The notes under the pieces were generated by a model. The model saw only the letters and a program-made list of their open reading frames with translations, had not been told where the DNA came from and did not search any database. Below are positions 11,610 to 23,140 of a stretch of DNA of 36,062 bases, piece by piece. The translations under genes and the position numbers were made by a program. Positions within the stretch are counted from its first letter, which is position 1; the number at the start of each line of letters is the position of its first letter. This DNA is from Octopus sinensis (taxonomy: Eukaryota), in the NCBI RefSeq assembly GCF_006345805.1, contig NW_021824698.1, positions 1 through 36,062 on the forward strand. Reading direction: 5' to 3'.

Positions 11610-12690
11610 CCAGGTCATGCCTAACTTAATAGCACCACCTAATAGGATCTGTAAAGTCATTCTTAAGAGAGGTTTTGTGGTATCATGGCCCCTTCATGTA
11701 GGGAGTTGATGTCGACTGAGATGTATCCAGGTATAGGGGGCTTAGCTGGTATGCCTTGAAGAATTTTGTTCAGGTTTCATTTGAAAGCGATGGGATCTTT
11801 TTCTTCTTTGGTTTGTTTTGAGATAATGTTAACATGAGCAGGATCTGCTGAAGAAAAGAAATTCTGTTGGAGAGAATTTATGTTATATGCCAGAATTGTG
11901 TCGGGGGCGTATGGCACGTGGCGCCGGCTTTGCATGAATTCAGAATCTAATGCTGACGTCGTCTGGCTAATACTGTTGATGTATTCTCTATATTGTATAA
12001 ATGATGAACCGCTCACGGTGACGCTGGAAAGAATAAAAATGCAATGTTTTTAGGCGGTCCCGATAATCAAGATCAGTCACGCCCTTTAATTTTTAGCGAA
12101 TGCTTTCTGGGGTGACTCAATTCTCGTAATGTTTTACTTTGTGTGGGGAGACTACAGGGGTCAACAGTGTAGTACAAAAGAAGAGAAGAGAGGAATTACA
12201 GCATCTTGCACTCTGAACTGGAATGTTTTGAGGATCCAGGAACTCATCCTGCGAACCATATCGACTTTATTGTTGATGTGGGTACTCCAGCTTGGATTGG
12301 TGTCAGCAATCACTCTGAAGTCCCATCTAGTATTGGGTGCTATGGATACTTCCCCTTAACGAAGAGAATAGCGTTGAATTCAAATTTCCCCTCATTTGAC
12401 CGCATTTTGTTTTGTGTCCGCCCGTTATCTTAAAACATGCAGATCAAACTGGAGTTCAGTTCGGTCTTCTCCGCTGATAATTTTCTGGAGTTTGGAGTCA
12501 TCGGCGAATATTTTGATGACGCTTGAAATGTCGTTCATAAAGACTATAAAGAGAAGTGGGCCCAAGGCAGACCCCTATTTCGCCGGGATTGACTGGATTT
12601 CACCGATCACAAGTTGTGCTTTGTTGACCAGGAAACACTTCATCCAGCGTAACAGTTTCCCACGGATTCCACTTATAGACAATTTTGACA
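11610..12690 (-). pseudogene. 5'-truncated CR1-like LINE, RT domain to ORF2 C-terminus, decayed
   Basis: GIRGKLLRWMKCFLVNKAQLV...GSALGPLLFIVFMNDISSVIKIFADDSKL (RT motifs B and C) and C-terminal NFFSSADPAHVNIISKQTKEEKDPIAFK*NLNKILQGIPAKPPIPGY; many stops and frameshifts. Confidence 0.85.
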
Positions 12691-12698
12691 GGAAGATA

Positions 12699-12907
<209 letters not shown>

Positions 12908-13250
12908 TTCTCTCTCTCCCCCTACCCCCCTTTATAATTTTCTTACGAAAGATAGCGTAGACGTGTTCGAGTCGCACCTGAGATGCTAGATAAGTATAGT
13001 GAATAGAATGGAAAATGTTCAAATCAGGCAGACTACGATTAACACATACATATAGGATTTAGTTAAGACAAAATAAGGATTGATCGAACTGAAACATATA
13101 TTGATATATTAGAGATATATAAATATATAGAAGTATATAAATATATGAATACGAAACTCATACATGGACATATAGTTATATAGATATATATAAACATACT
13201 AATAATAGAATATATATATATATAAAAATATTATAATATATATATATATA

Positions 13251-13291
<41 letters not shown>

Positions 13292-13349
13292 TAGCAGAAT
13301 TGCCCGGCGTTGCTCGGGGCTGAATTGCTTGAAAGTACTGTTAATGATT

Positions 13350-13888
13350 GCACTGAATTATGATGATTATTCAGGCAATATTGATATAAGCTTACGGTGG
13401 GAGATAAGGACTTAACGATCAAACGTGTGCCATTGCATTGTTTTGGGGGAACCAAATTTCTGATGAGCATTATGGGGCACCAACTTTAAGTTTGAGAAAG
13501 TGTGGTGGTAGTCCGGGGTGCTCAAGGAATTGAGTACCTCTATTGGACAGTTGATGACGTCCTCTGGGTCAGGAGTTGTATCGATAGACTGATATACATA
13601 GACTTCCCCAGGAATGAGTTTTAGCATTTCATCATTAATATGGTGAACAGTTTTATTCCTCGGGGCGGCAGTATAGCCTTTTTGCCAATCCAATCCATAT
13701 TCTGTGATAATTAGCTTGTAGATCTGGGAACACTGCATCTCTGAGATCAGAAGGCGTCTTAACAATGGTACAAATGGAATCGATGGCAATATTACCATTT
13801 TCATCCCCTGGTATTTTGCCTTCGCCAAGTGCAAGGAGGGTGTGAGGAAAGCTGCTGATGTGATATTACGTCGCATATGAGCAACCAT
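13350..13888 (-). pseudogene. Helitron RepHel PIF1-like helicase fragment
   Basis: APRNKTVHHINDEMLKLIPGEVYVYQSIDTTPDPEDVINCPIEVLNSL, then after frameshifts GLPPHFLKLKVGAP.MLIRNLVPPKQCNGTRLIVK (PIF1 2B-domain motif). Confidence 0.9.
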
Positions 13889-14230
13889 ATTGGTGTGAAG
13901 TTTGAGAGTTACTTCCGTTTATTTATAAAAAATATGCATTAAAATGGAAAAAAATGATGGTAAATTATTTGTAAAATCATAGACTCATCAATGTATTTAT
14001 ATATTCATCTATACACACATGTATGTATAATGTGCGTGTATATATTTCCATAGAGGTAACCATTCAATCCATACAAAGTTTTTTAGGACGAAAATATTTA
14101 TATATAAAAGAAAGGTTGTGTGTCTGTCTATTCCGATTTAGATTCCTAACTACTCCCACATTTTGCGATGCAGTTTAACCAAAACCGGGTATCTTATAGT
14201 CGTGATTCATATCGAGCCCTTCTGGGTATT

Positions 14231-14645
14231 ATACATACATGTGTGTATAGATGAATATATAAATACATTTAAATATCTATATACAGTTTTGGGCGATCTT
14301 TCTGTTTCTTAGAGATAACTTTAGATCTTATTTTCGTGCTAAAAAACTTTGTATGGAGTGAATGGTTACCTCTATGGAAATATATACACACACGTTATAC
14401 ATACATGTGTGCATAGATGAATATATAAATACATTTATATATCTATATACACTTTTGGGCGATCTCTGTGCTACTTAGAGATAACTTTAGATCTTATTTT
14501 CGTCCTAAAAAACTTTGTGCGGAGTGAATGGTTACGTGTATGGAAATATATACACACACATTATACATACATCTGTGTATAGATGAATATATAAATACAT
14601 TTAAATATCTATATACACTTTTGGGCGATCTTTCTGCTACTTGGA
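14231..14645. repeat. Tandem repeat, about 166-bp unit x2.5, inside Helitron A; inverted partial unit at 13990-14095
   Basis: Unit catacat..gtatagatgaatatataaatacattt...ttttgggcgatct...aaaaaactttgt.ggagtgaatggttac recurs at about 14231, 14398 and 14563. Confidence 0.9.
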
Positions 14646-15601
14646 TATAGGGGATGTTTCGCTTGTCGTAGCACACGTTTCCGTCGATTTCCGTAAAAAA
14701 TGTAACACTGAATCGGCCATACATACATACATACATACACACACACATACATACACCACACACACGTACATGCATACATACGTATACACATAAACCGAGT
14801 AAAAAATTTCAGTTACCTTTCTCTTTCACACATTACTCTCTCTGTCTCTTCACACACACTAACAGAAGCACTTCACTTACACAACATACTGTCCCTGTCT
14901 CCCACACTCCATCAAACACACACACACCACATTTACATCAATGCGTCCCATGCACGGTAACTTCAAAAGAACTTCCCTCGTCATACAATCGCTTTCTCTT
15001 AGTCTCTTTCGCTCTCATTACTTATGTAAAAAAATAAAAGTTTTTTACGGAAATCGACGGAAACCTGTGCTACGACAAGCGAAACATCGCCGATATAGGT
15101 CTTATATTCGTCCTAAAATACTTTCCTGTCACACACTCACGCACACGCACGCACACACACACACACACCACGCACCCCCACACACCCCACGCACACACAC
15201 ACTCACACACACGCACGTTAGCTTACAATTTTATTTATATATTTGCGTGTCTATGTGTGTAAAGAGGAAGTGGCAGACTGAAAGAGTCACTCACTACAAA
15301 AGGTGAATTACTTTCATTTTATTCGTTGCACACTGTGTGTGTGCGTGTGCGTGTGGTGTAAAACACATTAAGAAAAGCATTTGACATACACACCAGAATG
15401 TGAGTTTTCTGTAAATTTTGCTTAATTGGAGTTTAAAGTTTAAAAAGTGGACCTGGCAAAACCCGATGCATTCTACTCTTAAAAATGCTAAGTAAATTGT
15501 AATTGAAGAAATCCTATATTGTAGATTTCTATAACTGACAAAGGGAGGCAGATAAAATCTGCCTTTTATAATAAGATTATAATAAGATATATATATATAT
15601 A

Positions 15602-17039
15602 TCTCTTATTATAAAAGGCAGATTTTATCTGCCTCCCTTTGGGAGTTATAGAAATCTACAATATAGGATTTCTTCAATTACAATTTACCTAGCATTTTTA
15701 AGAGTAGAATGCATCGGCCATGCCAGGTCCAGTTTTTAAAATTTAAACTCCAATTAAGCGAAATTACAGAAAACTCACATTCTGGTGTGTATGTCAAATG
15801 CTTTTCTTAGTCTGGTTTACAGCACACGCAAACGCACACACACAGTGTGCAACGAATAAAATGAAAGTAAATAGCGACAGAGTGATTTGAGGAAGACTAA
15901 ACTGAAAGTATTTAAACCACTACTCAAAAAATAAAAAAACACGGCAAACAGAAACAAATAAATACATAACCATTTACTCCTCACACAATTTCTTCAATTA
16001 GAATTTACCTAAGATTTTTCAAAGTACTCCATTCGCTCATGCCATAATATATTTCTTTCAATTTCACCCCCTATTAAGACAAAATTCGAGAAAACTCAAT
16101 ATTTTAACATTTCACTCCGAAAGCATTGATGTACATGTGTGCGTGAGTGTGTGTGTGTGTGTGTATGTGTGTGTGTTTGATGGGTTGTGCGACACAGAAA
16201 GTGTGGTGTGTAACTGAAGTGCTTTTGTTAGTGTGTGTAAAGAGACAGACAGAGTGAAAGACAGAAATAACTGAAGTTTTCACTATGATATCATCACGTG
16301 CGAAAAAATTCGAAGGGTTTTGAACAATTGAGATACAGATGTCACGCCTGTATTGAAACCATTGCTAGCTGCGTAATTGCTTAATTAAGACTTTGTTTAA
16401 ATTGAAAGGGGCAAATATGTGACGAGGTTTGAAAAAAAATACCCCAGAAAAAAAATGTACTGCTGGTATTTATATAATTCACTACTATTTTGCTACAATG
16501 TCATGAAAAAGAAAAAATTTAGGTATGTAAATCGAATTCGCCACCCCCTTTTCCCCGTTCGCGTTTGTGTAAAAAAATTATTATATTAAGTTTTAAAAAT
16601 TATTTACTTTTTCAAAAAATATTAATATTAATTAATTTTCAAGAATTATTTAATTTTATTCTGTAAAATAGTAATTAATTCATTTATCCGTAAATCCACG
16701 AGGTTGTTACTCAGCACTAGAATGGTAACCTTCAACTAACACTATCTCCTCCGAGACCCTGCGGCGCAAGTTGACCAAAATTGAGAGTATGGTAGAAGAA
16801 GGGTTGCTCTTCCTTCCGTAGAACTAAAATTCAATCGGACCATGTTAACACCAAAAATTATTTACATCAAAAAGATGCTTTTTTCTATGAAAATCCCTAT
16901 TTTTTACGATTTTTTCACTGCTGTGTCGCCACTTTTCGGTGTATTTCGACCAGAAAAATGTTCACAAAATTTTTACTTTTCAAAATTACAATTCCAGCGG
17001 GTCGAAACAAACCCGAGCAACGCCGGGCGATACTGCTAG
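15602..17039 (+). mobile_element. Non-autonomous Helitron (copy B)
   Basis: Starts TCTCTTATTATAAAAGG after an A; ends cccgagcaacgccggg-cgatactg-CTAG followed by T; first 270 bp are an inverted copy of the Helitron A 5' end. Confidence 0.85.
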
Positions 17040-17040
17040 T

Positions 17041-17434
17041 ATATATATAAAGCTGAAGTTGTCTGTGTATGGCGGGTTTGGTAGCCTTCAACTAACACTA
17101 TCTCCTCCGAGACCCTGCGGCGCAAGTTGACCAAAATGGAGAGTATGATAGAAGAAGGCTTGCTCTTCCTTCTGTAGGAGAAAAAATTCAAATCGGACTA
17201 CGTTAACACCAAAAATTATTTACATCAAAAAGGTGCTTTTTTTCTATGAAAATCCCTATTTTTTACGATTTTTTTGTCTGCTGTGTCGTCATTTTTCGGT
17301 GTATTTCAACAAGAAAAATGTTCACTTAAAGAGAATAACAAGCTACATAATGCAAAATTATTACTTTTCAAAAATTCCAATCCTAAAGGGTCGAAAAGAA
17401 AACAAGCCCGAGCAACGCTGGGCTATACTGCTAG
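17041..17434 (+). mobile_element. Short non-autonomous Helitron (copy C), tandem to copy B
   Basis: Ends cccgagcaacgctggg-ctatactg-CTAG-T; 17085-17434 is a diverged direct repeat of 16729-17039. Confidence 0.85.
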
Positions 17435-17559
17435 TATAGATAAAAATGATAGTGGAATATAGATAAAAAAAAACGTTTTTAAAAAAGTTTAAGAAATGGC
17501 TTAACAACTTTTTATATACATACATACATACATCTATACATACATGTATACACACACAC

Positions 17560-17740
17560 ATATAATGTAGGTAAGGTAAAATCCAAGCCATGTCCTCTTG
17601 AAGCACATCTGATTAATCCAGTATTACAATCCGGTATGTAGTTGCATGTATGTGAGGTAGATATTAAAGTTGAAGATTCTGGACGTTTGCAGAGTTATTA
17701 TATAAGAAAACAGGAAGATGAGAAGTTTTCCGTTGTTATT
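17560..17740 (-). repeat. Unclassified dispersed repeat (copy 2, inverted relative to 9490-9740)
   Basis: tataatgtaggtaaggtaaaatccaagccatgtcctcttgaagcacatctgatt is the reverse complement of the 9685-9740 region. Confidence 0.8.
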
Positions 17741-18049
17741 TATTCACCATTACACGTGTTGCATTTGCGAATAGGAATTTCAGAGTTGGATAAACATGTA
17801 AGAAATTTCCTATAAGAATTTCTTCAGGCAGGGGAATCAAATATGTATGTATGTATGTATGTATGTGTGTGTGCATGTATGTATGTATGTGTGTATATAT
17901 GTATGTATGTATGTGTGTATGTATATATGTATGTATATATGTATGTATATATGTATGTATATATGTATGTATATATGTGTGTATGTATGTATATATGTGT
18001 GTATGTATGTATGTATGTATGTATGTATGTATGTATGTATGTGTGTGTG

Positions 18050-18080
<31 letters not shown>

Positions 18081-18319
18081 TATGTTAGTATGTGTGTGTG
18101 TATATATGTATGTATGTATGTGTGTATGTATGTATAATGGAACAAAAACACAATAGAGGACAATAAAACATCCGGACAGATAGACGATATAAAAGCGGAC
18201 AGGAAAACAAGAGTCGTACAAAATTTATATATATAGAGAATAACATACTATTATATATATATATATATATATTATATATATTATATATTATATATATATT
18301 ATATATATATATATATATA

Positions 18320-18576
18320 GAATAAATAAATGGAGTTTAACGCAGGTGTAATCAAATATTTTTACTTTCGACACATTGTTTCGAAAATTCCACTGATACT
18401 ATTCAAAAGAAATAAATGGTATAAACAATGCAATCTTCTCCTCAGGAAAGTGAAAAGAACGAAACTCGTCAATAAGACATTTTAGCAAAAATTCTTTTGA
18501 ATAGTATCAGTGGAATTTTCGAAACATGTGTAAAAATATTTGATTTACACCTGCGTTAAACTCCATTTATTTATTC
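18320..18576. mobile_element. Foldback element (about 88-bp arms), Penelope-like pseudo-LTR / retrozyme-like
   Basis: 18320-18411 vs 18492-18576 are near-perfect reverse complements; left arm plus spacer encodes a hammerhead on the minus strand followed by a T-rich terminus. Confidence 0.75.
18364..18451 (-). ncRNA. Type I hammerhead ribozyme with canonical core
   Basis: ACUUUC-CUGAGGA-GAAGAUU[about 42-nt loop]AAUUUUC-GAAA-CA AUG UG-UC-GAAAGU: 6-bp perfect stem I, 7-bp stem II starting G-C, short stem III, GUC triplet; predicted cut between 18370 and 18369. Confidence 0.85.
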
Positions 18577-18834
18577 ATATATTATTCAAAATATTCAACG
18601 TAAACACGAAGTTTCTACCTTTATAAACAAGGAGTTACAACACCTTTACTTGTGAGATTTTTGCTGCCCTGGTAACTATTTATTTATTTTTTCCGTGTTA
18701 ATTGTTAACAAGGTAAAAATACACTCATCTATATATATATATATATACTTACATATAAGAGACAAAGTGTACGTACGCCGCCATATGTATATAAAAAGGA
18801 ATCCAACAAAAAATACGACTCTCTTATTCTTTCG

Positions 18835-18881
18835 TTAGGATCGTGAGTCGAACAGCCCCAACCACTAAGCCACGCGCCTCC
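18835..18881 (-). mobile_element. tRNA-derived SINE head fragment
   Basis: ggaggcgcgTGGCTTAGTGGttggggctgttcgactcacgatc contains a perfect A box. Confidence 0.6.
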
Positions 18882-18904
18882 ATGATAGAGTCGTAAAGTT
18901 CCCG

Positions 18905-19083
18905 GCTCAAAATGCTTTACAGCATTTCGTCCGCCTTTATGTTCTGTATTCAAATACCACCGAGCTCGACTTTGCCTTCCAACCGTACGGAATCGATAAA
19001 ATATGTACCAGTTGAGTACTGGGGTTCAACGAGATCGACTTATCCCCTCTCCCGAAATTGCTGGCCTTCTGCCAACGTTTGAA
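18905..19083 (+). mobile_element. SINE copy (gagttcaaattccgccgaggtcgactttgcc family), degenerate
   Basis: Aligns by eye to 25349-25575 and 29062-29277. Confidence 0.75.
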
Positions 19084-19597
19084 GTCAATATTCCGTAAGG
19101 TGGATAGAAAAACGTGTTTTTGGAAGTGTGGAATGGCTAATCTGCAGCGTATGATAGGTTGTGATGTGTCGAATAATGGATCGCTGAAATAAATAAACAT
19201 AGGAGGGATCTGGAGATTTTTATGGGAAAACAACGGTTTCTACTTGAAAGAGGAGAACGAAGTGTTGTGAAATGAGAACGAATGGCTGAGTGAAACTGCT
19301 GGATTATCTCTTCTGTACCGAAATAACCTTCGTCATTAGCGTCATACAATGTTTATTAACGGGTTGTAAAATCAGAGAAGTCCTTACCTTTGGAGAGGAT
19401 CTCGTAAACCTAGCAGCCATTGATATGGTCTCTATCGCATGTAGAGAGGTGATGTTGCTGTATGTTGGTTAAATAATATGGACCATAACCGCTTTGATGA
19501 TATTTCGAAAGCTTTTTAGGAAGGAACGATTGATTTCGGCAATAAATCGAGTATTTAGTATTGTGTAAGGTTTAGTGTAGCGAAAACAAATAAAGCG

Positions 19598-19790
19598 TCG
19601 AACGGGCAGAATCGTTAGAGTCTCATACAAAATGTTTAGCGGCATTTCTTCTGGCTCTGTATTTTCTGAGTTCAAATTCCGCTGGGGGTTAACTTTGCCT
19701 TTCATCACTTAGGGGTCGGCAAAATAAATTACCAGTCAAATACTGAGGTCAATGTAACTGTCTTGCCCTTCCCCTCAAAATGCTGTCCTT
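19598..19790 (+). mobile_element. SINE copy, same family
   Basis: ggcagaatcgttag...ctgagttcaaattccgctggggttaactttgcctttcatc. Confidence 0.8.
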
Positions 19791-20371
19791 AAAACCTGCA
19801 AATGAGGGGCGTCCCGTTCGGAGGAGGGAATGTTGCGATTTCAGTTAATTATACGCTGTGGAAACTGAGTGAAGCCCCGGAGAGTGTTTAGTATTCAGAT
19901 GAATCGATTGATGAGTAAATATGTCCGATGTATGTTTCTGTTGTGATGCCACACAGGAGAAACGCATGCAAAAGGACATTTTATTCTACAAACAATTTTT
20001 TTTTACTTTACTGGAAAGAATATTTTTGAAATGGTTGTTCCATTTTAATAGAGGAATCTTAAGCCGGAAGGAATGTTTCGACATTATGCCCTGACAGTGC
20101 ACCATCAATTCTCAAGGCTTTTGCAGAAAAGGAAAAAAAAATGATCTTCGTGTTATAGATCTCCACAGTTCTTGCATTGAGAAAAATCTTGCAAAAGCTT
20201 CATAAACTCCCAAATGTATCTCTATAACAGAATTGTTAGTGACTTTTACTCTTCGAGCGGATCTGAATATGAAAATGAAAGGAATGAGAGGGTTGTCTCC
20301 TGAAAAGGTTCCGTAGCAAGCTAGGTCTGTTATGGTGTTTAACAGAATAATTTTTTATCTCACTAAATATT

Positions 20372-20525
20372 TATTTCTTTATTGCCCTCGGGAAGCTAGA
20401 CATAGAGGGGACAAACAAAGGGATTAAGTCGATTACATCGATCCTAGTGCGTAACTGGTACTTATTTAATCGACCCTGAAAGGCAAAGTCGACCTCGGCA
20501 GAATTTGAACTCAGAACGTAACGGC
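20372..20525 (-). mobile_element. SINE copy, same family, 5'-truncated next to the (AAT)n element
   Basis: aaaggcaaagtcgacctcggcagaatttgaactcagaacgta is the reverse complement of the family core. Confidence 0.8.
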
Positions 20526-20555
20526 AATTATCATTGTTGTTATTATTATTATTAT

Positions 20556-21113
20556 TGAGTGAGAGAGCAGTGCATGCCATCAAAGTGACACTGGGGTAAA
20601 ATATACAAAGCCCAATATACCCATCATGACTACCCGTCTGATAAAGGTACACCAGGCACATGCATCACAACCATATGTGCGCGATATGGTGATCTCATAT
20701 CAAGATAAACAGCACATGACCTTGCAGGTGGGGCCCAGTTAGAATTTTCTTCAGGTTGAGTAGCCCATCCCGCTCAAAAGGTCCCTGAAAAAGGGTTGTT
20801 TAAGGATGTTGAAAGAACCACCCATGTTTCCAGAGGTGAATTATTCAAACCCCAAAGAATCCCTCTCAACACATGGCTATGATGCTCCCCCACTACTTCT
20901 GCTCGTGATCAGAGATGCACATATCGTCAGCCACTAAGGGACATGCTCAACTGGTTCAAGTCAAACAACTGACAAGCAAATCTGTGGTATTGAGCAGAAT
21001 ATTTTCTGTAGCCCATCTTTTATACCAAGACAAAACAATGTACATGATAACACTTCCAATCAGTTAAGATCAGAAGCCATGAGAGCCACTGCCTGGTACT
21101 GCATCAGGGCATT
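20556..21113 (-). mobile_element. About 560-bp non-coding interspersed element bounded on both sides by (AAT)n
   Basis: Complex ORF-less sequence with sharp borders into (TTA)n at 20555 and 21113; on the minus strand it ends ...ctgctctctcactc-aataataat; recalled as a common Octopus repeat. Confidence 0.6.
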
Positions 21114-21310
<197 letters not shown>

Positions 21311-21486
21311 GACATTCACTAGTACAACACCAAAAAACCCCCAAATATATGGCACACTAGGCATAACAACAACGTGAACTTCCAACCTGTTGTCTCTTGA
21401 GATCTCTGGGTGAGACTTGGAGCCAACTTGTACAGACATAAAGCAAAAGTCAAATATAGAATAATAATAATAATAATAATAATAAT

Positions 21487-21702
21487 GGTTTCAAATCTAT
21501 GGCACATGGCCAGTAATTTCAGGGGAGGAGGAGAAAAGTCAATTACATCAACCCCAGTACTTTACTGGTACTTATTTTATCGACCTCAAAAGGATGAAAG
21601 GTAAAGTCGACCTTAGCAGAATTTGAACTTAGAACATAAAAACGGACAAAATATCACGAAACATTTTCCCCAGCATGCTAACCACTCTGCCAGCTGGCCG
21701 CC
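21487..21702 (-). mobile_element. SINE copy, same family, with (ATT)n tail
   Basis: Reverse complement aggcggccagctggcagagtggttagcatgc...aagttcaaattctgctaaggtcgacttt. Confidence 0.8.
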
Positions 21703-21703
21703 T

Positions 21704-21756
<53 letters not shown>

Positions 21757-22923
21757 TAGTAGTAGTAACAATAATAAGGAATCATTCTTAACGACCACAA
21801 GGTCCAGTTCTTGTTGCAGTGTAGTGTCTTGAATGTCTCAAAAACCTTCAAAATTAAGCCAGCAGGAGACAAATTCCCAATAGGGCCTTTTGTGCTGGAC
21901 CCCGATACCCAAAATAAAAAAAAGGTAGTTTGCGTAAGTCAGCAACCCCCACCTAGAAAAATAAAAATCAAAGTTATAGAAGGAGCGACGTCAATTCAGA
22001 ACCAACAAAGGCCGGGAAAGAAGGGCCTGCCCTCGGGGGAAATCATGTGATGCGGTGCAGCAAAATCCGGAAGGAAGCTACCAGAAAAAAAAGAAAAAAA
22101 CGAACCGAAGAGAAACAAACCCCCAACCATGCCAAAAAAAAAAACCCCCGCTTCTAATCGAGAAGATTCATCGATGGCTTTTGCTGCATAATGAGCGAAG
22201 AGTGTTAAGTAAGTAAAAACATGGTTTCTTAGATTCCGTGTAGATTTCTCATTTAGCTTAGATTTGCGATTTGTTTTTTCTGTTTTCTAAAATTGAATAA
22301 CTGAAGTATTTCTTTGCGCGGTTTCAATGCAATACTCATTGGTTCAGTAATGGAAAGAATAATTATGTTCAGAGAAAATCTCAAATTAAGAGAAATAAAT
22401 TGGAGCAAGGAAAAAAAAAAAGACTGCATTTTTTGCAGCGTTTAGTTTACTGGAATAAGATTACAATAATAATTTTTAATAACGTACAGAAATATTATGG
22501 CGGAACTATCCAGCAAAATTAATAAGAGAATTAATGAGGATTTTGTCAACATTAATAAATTTCAAGAACGCTTTATGAAAATTCAGAATGATATGACAAT
22601 TATAATTTCAATAAAAATTGTGGATCTCTTTGTGTGTTGTGGCTGAGTGTTAGGAAGTGTTTTTGTGTGCTTGGGGGTGTGGGGGGGGTGAGGGAAACAA
22701 TTATTGGCAACAAAATAACGCAGGAGGAGCTTGTTCCTTTGGCTGCAACACATCTGTGCGAAACGGTGTCTCCGATCGGAATTTCCAACGGAGTTCTCGA
22801 TCATCTTTTCATCGGGGTTTTCAAGCAGACAAATATAAAATCTATGCTAAGAAATCGATTGTAACCTGGCGAGGAGTTGCAGCTGATCAAAGAAATTTTT
22901 ATGTGGAAGACATTCCTAACCTT

Positions 22924-23102
22924 ACTGTTCTATATTTGAGAGATGAGGAATTATGTCCATTATTTACATTCGACGGATATTTGTCCTCATCTTGTTTGTT
23001 GTTAACACAACGTTTCGGCTGATATACCCTCCAAGCCTTCATCAGGTGTCTTGGGGAAATTTCGAACCTGGGTTCTCATTCCTAAGGTATTTTTCGATCT
23101 GG

Positions 23103-23140
<38 letters not shown>

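Larger units (their letters stand above)
13291..15576 (-). mobile_element. Composite non-autonomous Helitron (copy A)
   Basis: 3' end cccgagcaacgccggg hairpin plus CTAG ending at 13291; 5' TC-start tcttattataaaagg at 15576; carries a PIF1 helicase remnant; abuts (TA)n. Confidence 0.8.

Noticed and set aside
13460-13500. CTGATGA hammerhead box
   Set aside because: Antisense of the helicase codons MLIR; no supporting stems.
14231-14645. CRISPR-like array
   Set aside because: Units are contiguous 166-bp tandem copies without unique spacers, in a eukaryotic Helitron context.
19090-19560. Possible old LINE 3' fragment
   Set aside because: Only vague resemblance in translation; no diagnostic motif.
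20090-20265. Possible minus-strand exon (SARRVKVTNNSVIEIHLG...) after a polypyrimidine-CAG
   Set aside because: No recognisable protein similarity, no convincing donor site, no partner exons.
20870-20975. Hammerhead- or HDV-like fold in the (AAT)n element (CUGACGA...GAAG; GUCAGU/GCUGAC pairing)
   Set aside because: GAAG instead of GAAA, stem I out of register, and no P2 partner for an HDV pseudoknot.
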